Shown: in pieces, positions 13,184 through 25,900 of the stretch
How the letters are laid out: every line of letters starts with the position of its first letter
Numbering within the stretch: the stretch's first letter is position 1
Notes under the pieces: model-generated
The model's input: only the letters and a program-made list of their open reading frames with translations
What the model was told of the DNA's origin: nothing
The model's database searches: none
Made by a program: the position numbers and the translations under genes
Assembly: GCF_963921235.1 (NCBI RefSeq)
Contig: NC_086097.1
Location: 157,978,001 to 158,042,000 of the forward strand
Direction: 5' to 3'
From: Mobula hypostoma
Lineage: Eukaryota
Length of the DNA stretch: 64,000 nt

Positions 13184-13640
13184 ATAATAATAATAATAAA
13201 CAAGTAAATCAATTATGTATATTGAATAGATTTTTTAAAAATGCAAAAACAGTAATACTGTATATTAAAAAAAGGTGAGGTCGTGTCCAAAGATTCAATG
13301 TCCATTTAGGAATCAGATGGCAGAGGGGAAGAAGCTGTTCCTGAATCGCTGAGTGTGTGCCTTCAGGCTTCTGTACCTCCTACCCGATGCTAACAGTGAG
13401 AAAAGGGCATGCCCTGGTGCTGGAGGTCCTTAAAAATGGATACTGCCTTTCTGAGACACTGCTCCCTAAAGATGTCCTGGGTACTTTGTAGGCTACTACC
13501 CAAGATGGAGCTGACTAGATTTACAACCTTCTGCAGCTTCGTACAGTCCTGTGCAGTAGCCCCTCCATACCAGACAGTGATGCAGCCTGTCAGAACACTC
13601 TCCACAGTACAACTATAGAAGTTTGTGAGTGTATTTGTTC
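13184..13640 (-). mobile_element. Rex1/Babar-like LINE 3' fragment
   Basis: ORF 13390-13605 ESVLTGCITVWYG...LQKVV matches the C-terminus of this LINE group. The (AAT)n run marks its 3' end. Confidence 0.8.
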
Positions 13641-13857
13641 AGTGAAGATGAAAATAGCTAGTACTATATTAAGATTGTCTAAACTAAGGCGTATCATCAA
13701 GGAGCAGAACAAATGAAAATAACAAACTTAAAACAATCATATTATGGCAAAAATGTCAAATTCAAACTGTTAAAAAAACTACTTGTTAATTCATGTTTAA
13801 AGGCAGGAATAACACATGCTAACATTGCAAAGAATTAAGTAGCCAGTGAGAACTGAG

Positions 13858-14062
13858 CAACACACACAAAATGCTGGAGGAGCTCAGTATGCTAGACAGC
13901 ATCTATGGAAAAAAAGACAGTCGACAGTTCAGGCCGAAACCTTTCAGGAACAAGTCCTGCTGAAGGGTTTTTCCATAGATTCTGCCTGGTCTGCTGAGTT
14001 CCTCCAGCATTTTCTGTGTGTGTTACTCGGATTTCCAGCATCTGCAGATTTTCTCTTGTTTG
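13858..14062 (+). mobile_element. Fold-back Penelope terminal-repeat-derived short element
   Basis: Inverted arms (AAAATGCTGGAGGAGCTCAG / CTGAGTTCCTCCAGCATTTT) and 14-bp TSD CAGTGAGAACTGAG (13844-13857, 14063-14076). Confidence 0.85.
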
Positions 14063-14084
14063 CAGTGAGAACTGAGTTATAGAT

Positions 14085-14362
14085 ATTGTCATAGAACGAT
14101 ATATTTGGGCCGTCAAATCTGCACTGACCATCAGCCAGTCACATTTTTAAAAAATTCTCCCCAGATTCTCATGAAATCTCCCAGATTCTATCCCTCATCT
14201 ACGCACTAGAGATAATTTATAGCAACCAATTAACCTACCAACCGATATGTCTTTAGGATGCAGAGAGGAAATGTGCAAAGTCCATTCAAGCAGCAAACAA
14301 GGTCAGAATTAAACACAGATTTCTGGTTCTATGAGGCAGCATTTCTACTAGCTGTGCCACTC
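14085..14362 (-). mobile_element. V-SINE/HE1-like SINE, decayed
   Basis: Reverse complement has a GTGGCACAGCTAGTAGAAATGCTGCCTCA head and GTAGGTTAATTGG body, as in the SINE at 7590. Confidence 0.6.
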
Positions 14363-15566
14363 CGCTGTGTGACACAGAGTTGTGATTATTTTTAATGCAA
14401 GGAAAGTAAGAATAGCGTGATAAATTAAAAGAGAAGACCTCAAAGATACTGTATAAAAGACCTAGATTTTCCCTCATTTTATTCAGTAGCAAGTGATAAT
14501 AGACACCTGTAGTACACATAGAAAGAACTGGGAAATGAACCCCACGTGCACTGTCTTCCTGCCCTGCTGGAGCTGGTGACCCGAAGGTGATTGCTGTGTG
14601 GAAGTTGCAGCAAGGCAAATATTAAAATACTGTCCTGACAGAACAAACTGCAGATGCTGTATAGTCTCAAACTGAATCAAATTTTTATAGTATTTTGTGT
14701 TTTATAGCTGGACTTTTCTAAGTGTGGAGGTTCAATAAGGTAAGAATCAAGATGATAAGCTGACAGAGACACTGTTCAGACATCCAGGCTGAACACAGCC
14801 ATTGAAAGACTAACTCTCTTTTGTACAGACTTTCCATTCAAACTTGGGAACCAAGGTCACCAGGGATACCAAGACAAGATAAAGATGCAGACAAAAGATT
14901 CCAGTGCAATATATACTATGGGCATTTATATTCCTATTTTCCAGTATTATTGGCCTTTGGCACACATTTAATTCATTCTAAAAACCTGAAATATGTATTA
15001 TGATTGGTACTTAAATATGCAAATGATAGGGTTCAGAAGTGCACAAAGTTTCTAATAGATCAATATTTACAATATAACCAACCAGTCAATTTCTGTTTAA
15101 AAATGTAATTCCTTTGTTCAATCTTCCGAACAGTTTGCTATTGAGACCAAGCTGTTCCTTCCTCTGCACAAGCAAGATTGAGCAATGCGTGCAAGTTGTC
15201 GGAGTCCTGTTAATCAGCAATGACAGCTGTCCCTCACTCTCCTCCAAATGTATATCATCATTTATACATGTACAGCATATTGTGAATCATTGTGTTATGT
15301 TTGACTAAAAGGTGTGTGCAGACATTACAGGGTAGATTTAAATGCTGTGCCAATTAAACATTGTGCATGTGGTTTAGAACAAGAATTGCATATGTAACAG
15401 CTTCATAATGAATGGTTGAAAAATGAGCACAAGGCATCAGGGATGTTTATAAACAAGAGAAAAAACTTTAAGTGACAAATGATAAGAGAAGGAAGAAAAA
15501 TAATTGTGAAGTCAGCTGTTACAGAAGTTTGAAAATAAACAGATAATGTTTCTATAATCAGATAAG

Positions 15567-15676
15567 AATAGTCCGTGAAAGACTAAGAAAAGAGCACAGA
15601 ATGAGGGACAGATTGCAGAAATAGTCCGTGAAAGACTAAGAAAAGAGCACAGAATGAGGGACAGATTGCAGAAATA
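15567..15676. repeat. Perfect 53-bp tandem duplication
   Basis: 15567-15619 is identical to 15620-15672, followed by AATA. Confidence 0.95.
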
Positions 15677-18600
15677 AAATGTGGTGGAAGATGCAGGATC
15701 TCTCAGGACAGATCATAGATTATGCCAGGCTAAAATAATAAATGCTATTACAAATCCCACGGGAAGAATAGCTAGCTGTTTTTTGCATTAACAGGGTTGT
15801 GAAGGCTGCTTTGCAGCACAGGTCGTTTGCACTCCACAAATCCAGAAAATGACCAAAATATAATATCCCGTTTGATTGAAAGAGAATCAAAGACTCTAAT
15901 ATGTACAAACTTTGGCAGAAAGTAACAGAGTGAAAGGGAAAGAGAGAGAGCCATGTATCTGACACTAACCCCTTTGCATCCCATCCCCCATTGCCAGTGA
16001 TTTCGATCATCTACCATAATATTCAAAATACCTTCATAAAATAACAAAAAATCGCTTCAAAATCAGATGAACATACAAAATGAATACGTTGAATTTCTGT
16101 GTATGAACAGAGAGCAAGGCCTGAAAAGTCTTTTTAAAACTTTTGTTTCTTTATAGGGAATGTACTTCATCGTGAAAAGTAGGATTTCCCTTAAAGATAA
16201 AACCTCTTGGTCACTACAGTCAAGAAGGATGAATTGGTCTTTCATTAGCAGATGTTGACAGGTTGGCTAGTGAGACAGGGACTGCAGTGAGGTAAGACAA
16301 CAGCACGCATCTCACTGAAGTGTCAGTGTATTAACCCCCAGGATGGTTGCACTTGCAGCTTATAGCATTGAGGTGTAGACAGAAAGCTGTGCAAGCTGTG
16401 ATATTGAAATCATTGTACCCTCTCATACTCAAGTAAATACATAATGAATGATTTTAAATTAAAAATCATTATTCAGGACAAATTACAGTCCATAGTAATT
16501 GAATACCAATATGATGTAAAAGGAAATAGGCTGGAGATGACAACAGTCCTACAATGCTTTGAAAACAGAAACTGTGCCTTGCTATTCAAAAATCACCGTG
16601 CACCATTCAGTGGAAATATAATGGGATTTTGATGGTCAGCAAAGACAGTGGTGGAAAGGCCTGTTTCTGATAAATAAATCTGCGGATGTATCAGAAATGT
16701 AACTTACTTACTCAAACATTATCAGTAGCTTGGTAGAACTCACATTTTAATTTCAAATAGCTTGCTGATACTGCTCACCCAAGTTCACATTTTATCACCT
16801 GTCCTGGATGAATGAGGTCCACACAGATTGGTCGACCTGTCCAAAAAAATGTTTTAGTACTACCAATGCCTAAGAAAAAATGGACCTGCAGCTCATCTTA
16901 AGTATAGGATCCTCCAAGTTACTTTACAAATGATTTCAAAGTATAGTATTCATTGTTTCATAAACAACGGCAGCTGCCTAATAACACAAAGTTCTACAGT
17001 GGTGATTTAAATTCAGATAATCTATTTTTGTTAAGCGACAAATATTGCCCATGACACCAGGAACTTTTCCTTGATGGTTTTCCAGGATATACTTGAGACA
17101 GTCTTGGGAATTGAGATCTCAGGGGAAACTGGATGTCAGGGTTAAGGAGAGAGGTTACCTTCTCTGGAGAGTTGCTACAAGATTAACTTGAGGGGACATG
17201 TGTTGAAGAGCAATCTCGCACATACTGGCACATCAACGAGGCTGTAAGATCAAGCATTTCACAAAGTTCAAATGTAGCTTCAGTGCAAATCGGACAGTGT
17301 CAAATTCATGGCATGCATTTTATTGGTACCTCTTCCTCCCTGTCTCCCAAATTCCTGTAATTATTGGCGCACAAGCAGCTCCATGGAAAAAACAAAGCTG
17401 TCAGACTTCACCAGATAGGCCACACAGCATTTGGAAATAAAGTAAAACAAAATAAAGCAATGCTAAAAATCAAAAATGCTTTTAAATAATTCAAGCCAAG
17501 ATATTGTCTCTTCTAACTGGAGTCATTTGTACAACAAGAGGAAACAATTTGTTTGAAGCACACTTTTCTCCCGAGGTTAATGGATGATGGAAGTAAGAAG
17601 GTTTTTATACTTTTAATTGTTAAGTTTGGACATGTTTAACATACAAATTGTTTATTTTAATATCATTTCTGAAGGGACATTGTCACTTCAATTGGATAAT
17701 TTATGTAGCATTCAAGGCATTAAAAACGGTTGAAACTTGCGTGATATATTTCGCTTTCTCTTAACTTTCCTGCTGACTTCAGAATGAATGAGGGTAGACA
17801 GAACAATATAGTGAAGTTGTCACATCACTGATCAAATCATTATTCACTCCTCCATCTAGACCTTACTGTTGTAATACACAACATGACCCTTCAATATTCC
17901 TCCTTCTTCTTTTATTCATTCATGAAATGCGGACATTCCTGCTAAAGTCAGCATTTAATGCTCATCCCTAATTGCCCTTGAGATGTTGAAAAAGTACTGC
18001 AGCATGATTGTCGTACGTCGCCCTACTGAACAATAGTTAAAGCATGTTTCCAACTCAGGATGATGTCTGACGTGGTACAGGAACGTGCAATTAATTTCCT
18101 AATACAATCAACTCATCCTTATCAGGAAATTAGCTGCAGGTTAATATTTGGGAATTATAAATATAAGGAAGTTTTGCACTAATTCAATATAATTACCAAC
18201 TCAGAAAATGAATCATAACAAAAATGAAAGGTCACCATCCCACATGGCTGCCATATTAGGACAAATATGTACAACTGTGTGGGAATATTTGTCCCTCTCA
18301 ACTATGGTGACACAGCTGTTTTTTAATCTGAAATCTATATTCACCCATCTCTCCAGTCTTCCGTGACACATCACCAAACTGCAAAATCAAACTTACAATT
18401 TATTGCACAAAATGAAATATAAATTACAGGAGCATTATAAAAACCTGGGGTGGAAAACTAAAAAGGACAAATATTATAAGAGTCATGGGGATAAAACTGA
18501 AGCTTTTGATTTTTATATAACAGGTTGCCTCTGAACTGAAAATACATGTACTTTTCCAATAGCCCTGGATTATTCAAAATCTTCAGCATGCACTTTCTAA

Positions 18601-19177
18601 CCTGTGAATGTATAATTGACTTGTAATACAAACCTTCTTTTGCAACCTTATTCATTTAACGAGCAGATTTGCTTTCAGTTCATGTTTCCATGGTTACGGA
18701 AGTAGCTTGTTTACACTGTCTGGTGCGACAAGAAAGGATATTTATTCCTTGGATGTGAATGATGAAAGTCAATGCACAACTGATTTGCTGATTCTTTGCA
18801 ATAATATTAAATGGAAGATAGCCACAAAAATAATAAAATTACTCAGAATAAACCACCACAAAACAGAAGGTTGTATGACCCCAAAGTGACGAAAATATCC
18901 AGGTGATGTAAAAAATCTTCTTGTTCAGCTTTTCATTAAAATGTAGCTGTCTGGTCTGTTTTGCTACACTTTAACATCAGCATTAAAATATTGGTTTGTT
19001 TGCCAGTCCCAGGCTTCCCCTCCTGTCTCAAGATTTACATTGACCTAATTAATGTCATGGGAAATAGTGGATAGCAACCTCTAACCTCCACATTATCTTT
19101 TCAGGTTATCAATGGCTTCTCTACCTTCCTATCTATCATCCAAGAACCCAACCTTGCTGTTATCCTCATCTATATCT

Positions 19178-19689
19178 CAGAAAGGATGTGTTGTCTTTGA
19201 AGAGAGGTGCATGAGGATGATTCCAGGAACGAATGGGTTAACATATGAGGAGCAATTGGCAGTTTGGGCCTGCGCTCACTGGAATTTAGAAGAATGCAGG
19301 GGGATCTGATTAAAACCTACTAAATGTTGAAAGGGCTAGATAGGGTGGATGTGGAGAGGATGTTTCCTGTGGTGGGGGTATCCAGAACTAGAGGGCACAG
19401 CCTCAAAATTGAAAGACGACCTTTTAGGACAGAGGTAAGTAGGATTTTTTTTAAGCCTGAGAGTAGTGAATCTGTGGAATGCTCAGTCACAGACTGTGGT
19501 GGAGGCCAAGTCTGTGGGTATATTTAAGGGGAAGTTGATAGTTTCCTGATCAGTCAGGGCATCAAAGGAAATGGCAAGAAGGCAGGTGTATCGGGTTGAG
19601 TGGGATCCGGGATCAGCCATGCTAGAATGGTGAAGTAGACTCGATGGGCTGAATGGCCCAATTCTGCTTCTATGTCTTATGGTCTTACA
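19178..19689 (+). mobile_element. CR1 LINE 3' end
   Basis: LKGLDRVDVERMFP...TRGHSLKI, then 3' UTR ending in TCTTATGGTCTTA. Confidence 0.85.
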
Positions 19690-19994
19690 TGCTGCCCCAT
19701 GCTAACTTCACTTATGTTTTTTATGCAAACAAAATGTCAGGGAAATATATCGCAGACTACCGATAAAATAGCAAAACAAAATTCCATATTTAGTACTAAG
19801 TGTTTGGAAGACAATAATCTTCTCAAAATTTTCACGACAAAGTTGTCTGTCACCAGACATAGAATAATATGTAATTCTATGCCAGACTTCCAATCTGCAG
19901 TTTGGGAGCAGTATTTTTAAAGCCCTTTAATTACAATGTTCCATAAATGAAGAGAGATAGTTAAGAGCTCAGTTTATGCTGGCTTACCTAATGA

Positions 19995-21640
19995 ATCCAT
20001 TATTAAGGATGAGGTTTTGTAGAACTTGCAGGCACAAAAAAAAGGCCAAAGTCAGCATGCTTTTCTCAAGGGGAAATCTTGTCTGACAAATTTGTCGGAA
20101 TTTTTTGAGGAAATAACAGGCAGGATCAACAAAGCAGAGTCACTGGATATTGTTTACTTGGATTTTCAGAAGGCCTTTGACAAGGTGCCACATATGCAGC
20201 TCTAAACAAGATAAGAGCCCGTGGTATTATATGAAAGCTACTAGCATGGACAGAAGATTAGCTGACTAGCAGAAGGCAAAGAAATGGGGCTTGTTCTGTT
20301 GGCTGCTGGTGACCAGTGGTGCTCCGTAGTGGTTGGTGTTGTGTCTGCTACTTTTCACACTATATGTTAATGAACTGGATGACAGAATTGATGGTGTTTG
20401 GCCAAGTTTTCAGACTAAACAAATATGGGAGGAGAGGCAAGTAGCGTAGAGCAAGCAGGGAGACTGCAGAAGAAATTAGGCAAATAAGGAGAATGGGCAA
20501 AGAAGTGGCAGATGGAATATAGCATTGGGAAATGTATGATTATGCATTTTGGTTAAAGGAACAATATTGCGGACAGTAGAAGAATTAAAAGTGTGGACTA
20601 TTTTCTAAATGGAGAGAAAATTCAAAAATCCAAGTGCAAAGGGACTTGGGAGTCCCAATGCAGGATTTCCTAAAGGTTAGTTTGCTGGTTGAGCCAGTGG
20701 TGAGGAAGGCAAATTAGATTAGATTATGAGGACACTCAGTCCTCGATTATTGTCATTTAGAAATGCATGCATTAAGAAATGATGCAATGTTCTTCCAGTA
20801 TGATACCACAGAAACACAAGACAGACCAAGACTAAAACTGACAAAAACCATATAATTATAACATATAGTTACAACAGTGCAAAGCAATACCATAATTTGA
20901 TAAAGAGCAGACCATGGGCACGGTTTAAAAAAAAGTCTCAAAGTTCCGATAGCCCATCATCTCACGCAGAAGGTAGAAGGGAGAAACTCTCCTTGCCATG
21001 AACCTCCAGCGCCACAAACTTGCCGATGCAGCATCCTGGAAGCACCCGACCACAGCCGACTCTGAGTCCGTCCGAAAACTTTGAGCCTCTGACCAGCCCT
21101 CCAACACCAAGCACCAAGCACCATCTCTGCCGAGCGCTTTGACCCCTCCCCAGCCGCCGAGCAACAAGCAAAGCTGAAGACACGGAGCCTTCCCCTCCGG
21201 AGATTCTGGATCACACAGTAGCAGCAGTAGCGAAGCAGGCATTTCAGAAGTTTCACCAGATGTTCCTCTGTGCTCTCACGTCTGTCTCCATCAAATCAGG
21301 ATTGTGCATGGCACCCTACTTGACAGATAACAGATATTCATCACCGGAGTGGCCACTGTGCGCTGCATCGCGCCGCCACCTTCTCCTCAACAATGTTTGC
21401 ACTCATTTCAAGAGAACTAGAATATAAAAGCACTGAAGTATTGCTGAAGATTTATAACACATTGGTCAGACTGCATTTGGAGTATTGTGATCAGCTTTGG
21501 CCCTGTATCTAAGAAAGGTTGTGCTACCATTGCAGTGGGTCCAGAGGAGGTACACAGAATGATCCAGGGAATTAAAGGATTAACATATGAGAAACATTTG
21601 ATTGGTCTGGGCTTGTACTCACTGGAGTTTAGAAGAATGA
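19995..21640 (+). mobile_element. Decayed CR1 ORF2, interrupted at 20714-21390; probably resumes at ~25255-25565
   Basis: GKSCLTN, YLDFQKAFDKVPH and EKIQK/QRDLGV motifs. The sequence is contiguous across the 20714-21390 insert. Confidence 0.8.
20714..21390 (-). mobile_element. Non-coding SINE-like retroposon inserted in CR1
   Basis: Splits the CR1 between GGAAGGCAAAT and CAATGTTTGCA. On the minus strand it has a GC-rich 5' part, an AT-rich 3' part and a (TCTAA)n tail. Confidence 0.7.
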
Positions 21641-22428
21641 ATCAGAATCAGTTTTAAGATCACCAGCACGTGTCGTGATATTTGTTGTCTTTGCCGCAGC
21701 AGAACAATGCAATACATATTCATAGAAAAAATGCGAATTACAGTTAAGTATATATATTAGTTAAAATAAATATTACAAAAATAGAAATTAAAAATTAGTG
21801 AGGTAGTGTTCATAGATTTAATGTCCATTCAGAAATCAGATGGCAGAAGAGAAGAAGCTGAATCATTGAAACCTGTGCCTTCAGGCTTCTATATTTCATT
21901 CCTGAAGGTAGCAATGAAAACAAGGCATGACCTGGGTGATGGGGGTCCTTACATGATGGATGTTTCATTTTTGAGGCATCACTCCTTGAAGATGTCCTGG
22001 ATACTGTAAAGCCCATGAAGGAGCTGACTAAATTTACAACATTCTGCAGCTTATATAACCAGGTGGTGATGCAGCCAGTTACAATGCTGTCCATAGTACA
22101 TCTGTCTAAATTTGTGAATGTCTTCGGTGAGATACCAAATCTCCTCAAACTCCTAATGAAATATAGCTGCAGTCATATCTTCTTTGTTGCTGCATTGATA
22201 TGATGAGCACAGGATAGATCCTCAGAGATATTAAGACCATAAGACATAGGAGCAGAATTAAAGCATTTGGTTTATCAGGCCTGCTCTATTATTTAATCAT
22301 GGTTGATCCTTTTTTTTTCCCCGCCTCAGCCCCACTCTCCAGCCTTCTCCCCTTAACTTTTGATTCTGCAGCCAATCCAGAACCTATCAATCTCCGCCTT
22401 AAATACTTCCAAAGTTTGCTCCGAGTGA

Positions 22429-22815
<387 letters not shown>

Positions 22816-22882
22816 GGTGAAATGTTCTGGAATGGATGACAAGTGAAGATATTGTATACAAAAAATAAAAAGTAAAATACTC

Positions 22883-22938
22883 ATAAATAAATAAATAAAT
22901 AAATAAATACATACATACATACATACATACATACATAC
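22883..22938. repeat. Compound microsatellite (TAAA)n(TACA)n at the tail of the RPS25 retrocopy
   Basis: Directly visible between the 3' UTR and the 3' TSD. Confidence 0.95.
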
Positions 22939-25900
22939 TTCCAAAGACCTGGCCTCCACAACTGCCTGTGGTAATAAATACCACAAATTCACCACCCTCT
23001 GGCTAAATAAATTTCTCCTTTATCTCTGCTTTAAATGGATGCTCCTCTATTCTGAGGCTGTGCCCTCCTGTCCAGAACTCCCCCACCATGGGAAACATCC
23101 TTTCCACATCTACTCTGTCTAGGCCTTCCAACATTTGAAAGGTTTCAATGTGATCCCATCTCATCCTTCTAAATTCCAGTGAGTACAGACCCAGAGCCAT
23201 CAAATATTCCTCATATGATAACCCTTTCATTCCCAAAATCATCCTTGTGAATCTTCTCTACACCCTCTCCAATGCCAGCACAACTTAGTTTAGCTAAGGA
23301 GCCTAAAGCTGTTCACAATACTCACAGTGAGGCCTCACCAGTGCCTTATAAAGCCTCAGTATCACATCCATGCTCTTCTGGACCTCTTGAAATGAATGCT
23401 AACATTGCATTTGCCTTCCTCAGCACTGCATCAACTTGCAAGTTAACCTTTAGGGTATTCTGCGAAGGTACTCCCAAGACCCTCTGCTTATCAGGTATTT
23501 TGGATTTTCTCCCTGTTTAGAAAATTGCCTGCACATTTATTTCTTCTACCATGCATTTTCCAACATTGTATTTCATTCTTGCCCATTCCCCTAATCCGTC
23601 TAAGTCTTTCTGCAGCCTTTCTGTCTCCTCAACACAACCTGCCCATCCACCAATCTTTGCATTATCTGCAAACTTTGCAACAAAGCCATCTATTCCATCG
23701 CCTAAGTCATTTATACACGACATAAAAAGAAATGGTTCCAACTCTGACCCTGCGGAACACCACTAGTCACCAGCAGCCAACCAGAAAATGATCATCCTTT
23801 CATTCATATTCACTGCTTTCTGCTGATCAGCCATTACTCCAACCATGTTAGTAACTTTCCTGTAATGCCATGGGCTCTTAACTTGGTGAGCAATCTCAAG
23901 AGTGGTGCCTTGTCAAAGGTCTTCGGAAATTCCAAATGTGCAATATCAACTGCGACCCCTTTGCAGCTGAAGTCCTACTTGTAATCTCTTCAAGGAACTC
24001 CAACAGGCTTGTCAGGCAAGATTTTCCCTTGAGGAAGCCACGCTGACTTTGTCTTATCTTACCCTGTGTCACGAAGTACTCAATAACTTCATCTATAACA
24101 ACTGACTCCAATATCTTCCCAACCACTGAGGTCAGACTAACTAGTCTATAATTTCCTTTCTGCTGCCTCCCTCCTTTCTTGAAGAATGGGGTGACATTTG
24201 CAATTTTTCAGTCCTCCAGAACCATGCTAGAGTCCAATGACTCTTGAATGATCATTGCTAAATCCTCCACAATCTCCAACTCTACCTTTTTCTGGATCCT
24301 AGGGTGCAGTTCATCTGATCCAGGTGACTTATGTAACTTTAGGTTTTTCAGCTTTTTGAGAACCTTCTCACTTGTAATAATAATTCTACTATTTTGCCTT
24401 TTGAGTATTTCTCTGTTTCTGGAATACATCTATCCTGCACTTTCCTCATTTTTCACAGAAACTCAAGCATTTGCTGCTCTGCTATCATCCCTGCCAGCAT
24501 TTCATTCCACTTTACTTTGGACAACTCCTCTCTCATACCACTGTAATTTCTTTTACTCCACTGAAATACTGTTATGTCAGACTTTACTTTCTCCCCATCA
24601 AATTTCAAGTTGAACTCAATCATATTGTGATCACTGTCTCCTAAGGGTTCCTTTACCATAGGCTCCCTAATCACCTCTGGTTCATTACAAAACACCCAAT
24701 ATTGACACCCAGGAACTTGAAATTGCTCTGTCTTTACACTTCTCATCCTTCAATGTGGACTGGCATGTGTTCCCTCGCCTTATCCTTTCTGAAGGGCAAA
24801 TCTCTTTGAAACCTACCTAATATTGAAAAACCTAAACAGAACTGACATGGGGCGTGTTGGAGTCATGCATCTTTTCTCTATCTGCATTGTATTCTGTGTT
24901 GCATGTTTTTTTTTAGGTTTAATGTGGTAACTAGCCTCATGAGTGGGGTCATAGTAAAAGAAAAGGAAATAAGTTATGTCTTAATTCTGTGTTCTAGGCA
25001 TTTTCTAGCTGGGGGCCGACAGAGGTTTTATCTTTTTCTGAATGCTCAGTAATGCTTAATTACATTTAGCTTATATTTGAGTACACTTAGATTTCATTGT
25101 TTCAAGATTGTATGTTTGCTAATTACTAATAAAGGATTGGATAAAGGATTTGACTTTTAAGACAATCATTATTGGAGCTGGGGGTGCATCATGCAAGTAT
25201 GATAAATCCGCAGGGTGGACGGCAGCAGCAGTTGTTTCGGTTTGATTTGGCCGCTACAGAGATGATATTTCCAATAGTGGGAGAGTTTAGGGCCAGATGG
25301 AACAGCTTCAGAATGGAAGGACATCCCTTTAGAACAGATGAATCTGGTGAATCTGTGGAATTCTCTGACCGAGATAGCTGCGGAGGCTAAGTCATAGGGT
25401 ATATTTAAAAGCAGGTTGATAGGTTCTTAATTAGAAAGGACATTACATGTTATAAGGAAAAGGCAGTAGAATGGTATTTAGAGGGAAAATAAATCATCGA
25501 ATGGCATAACGGTCATTGTTGCCTCAAATGGCCCAATTGTATTCCTATATCTTATAGTGTATTGTGACCAGTAGTTTTACAGAAGATCTTTGGCATAGAC
25601 CTGATGGACCAAATGGCCTCCTTCTATGTCATAAGAAATAGGAGGGCATAAGAATGTGAGGTATGCCAGAAATCTTAGGCAGATCAACATGTGATTGGTG
25701 TGGATGGGACAACAGGTCAACATGAATGTTATGGGCTGAAGGGTCTGTTTCTGTGCAGTCCAACTCTATGACTCTATTTGGGAATTTCACCCCCATGTGT
25801 TCATATTTTCATTATAATAGATCAGGGTTTAAAAAAAACGGAGATAGAATGCGGATAAGCGAACTGCAGACAGAAAGAAAATGGTCAGGTAGATAGAAGT

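Noticed and set aside
16157..16290. Candidate plus-strand exon (TTTATAG ... GAG/GTAAGA)
   Set aside because: Stop codons in all three frames. A non-coding exon cannot be supported without RNA data.
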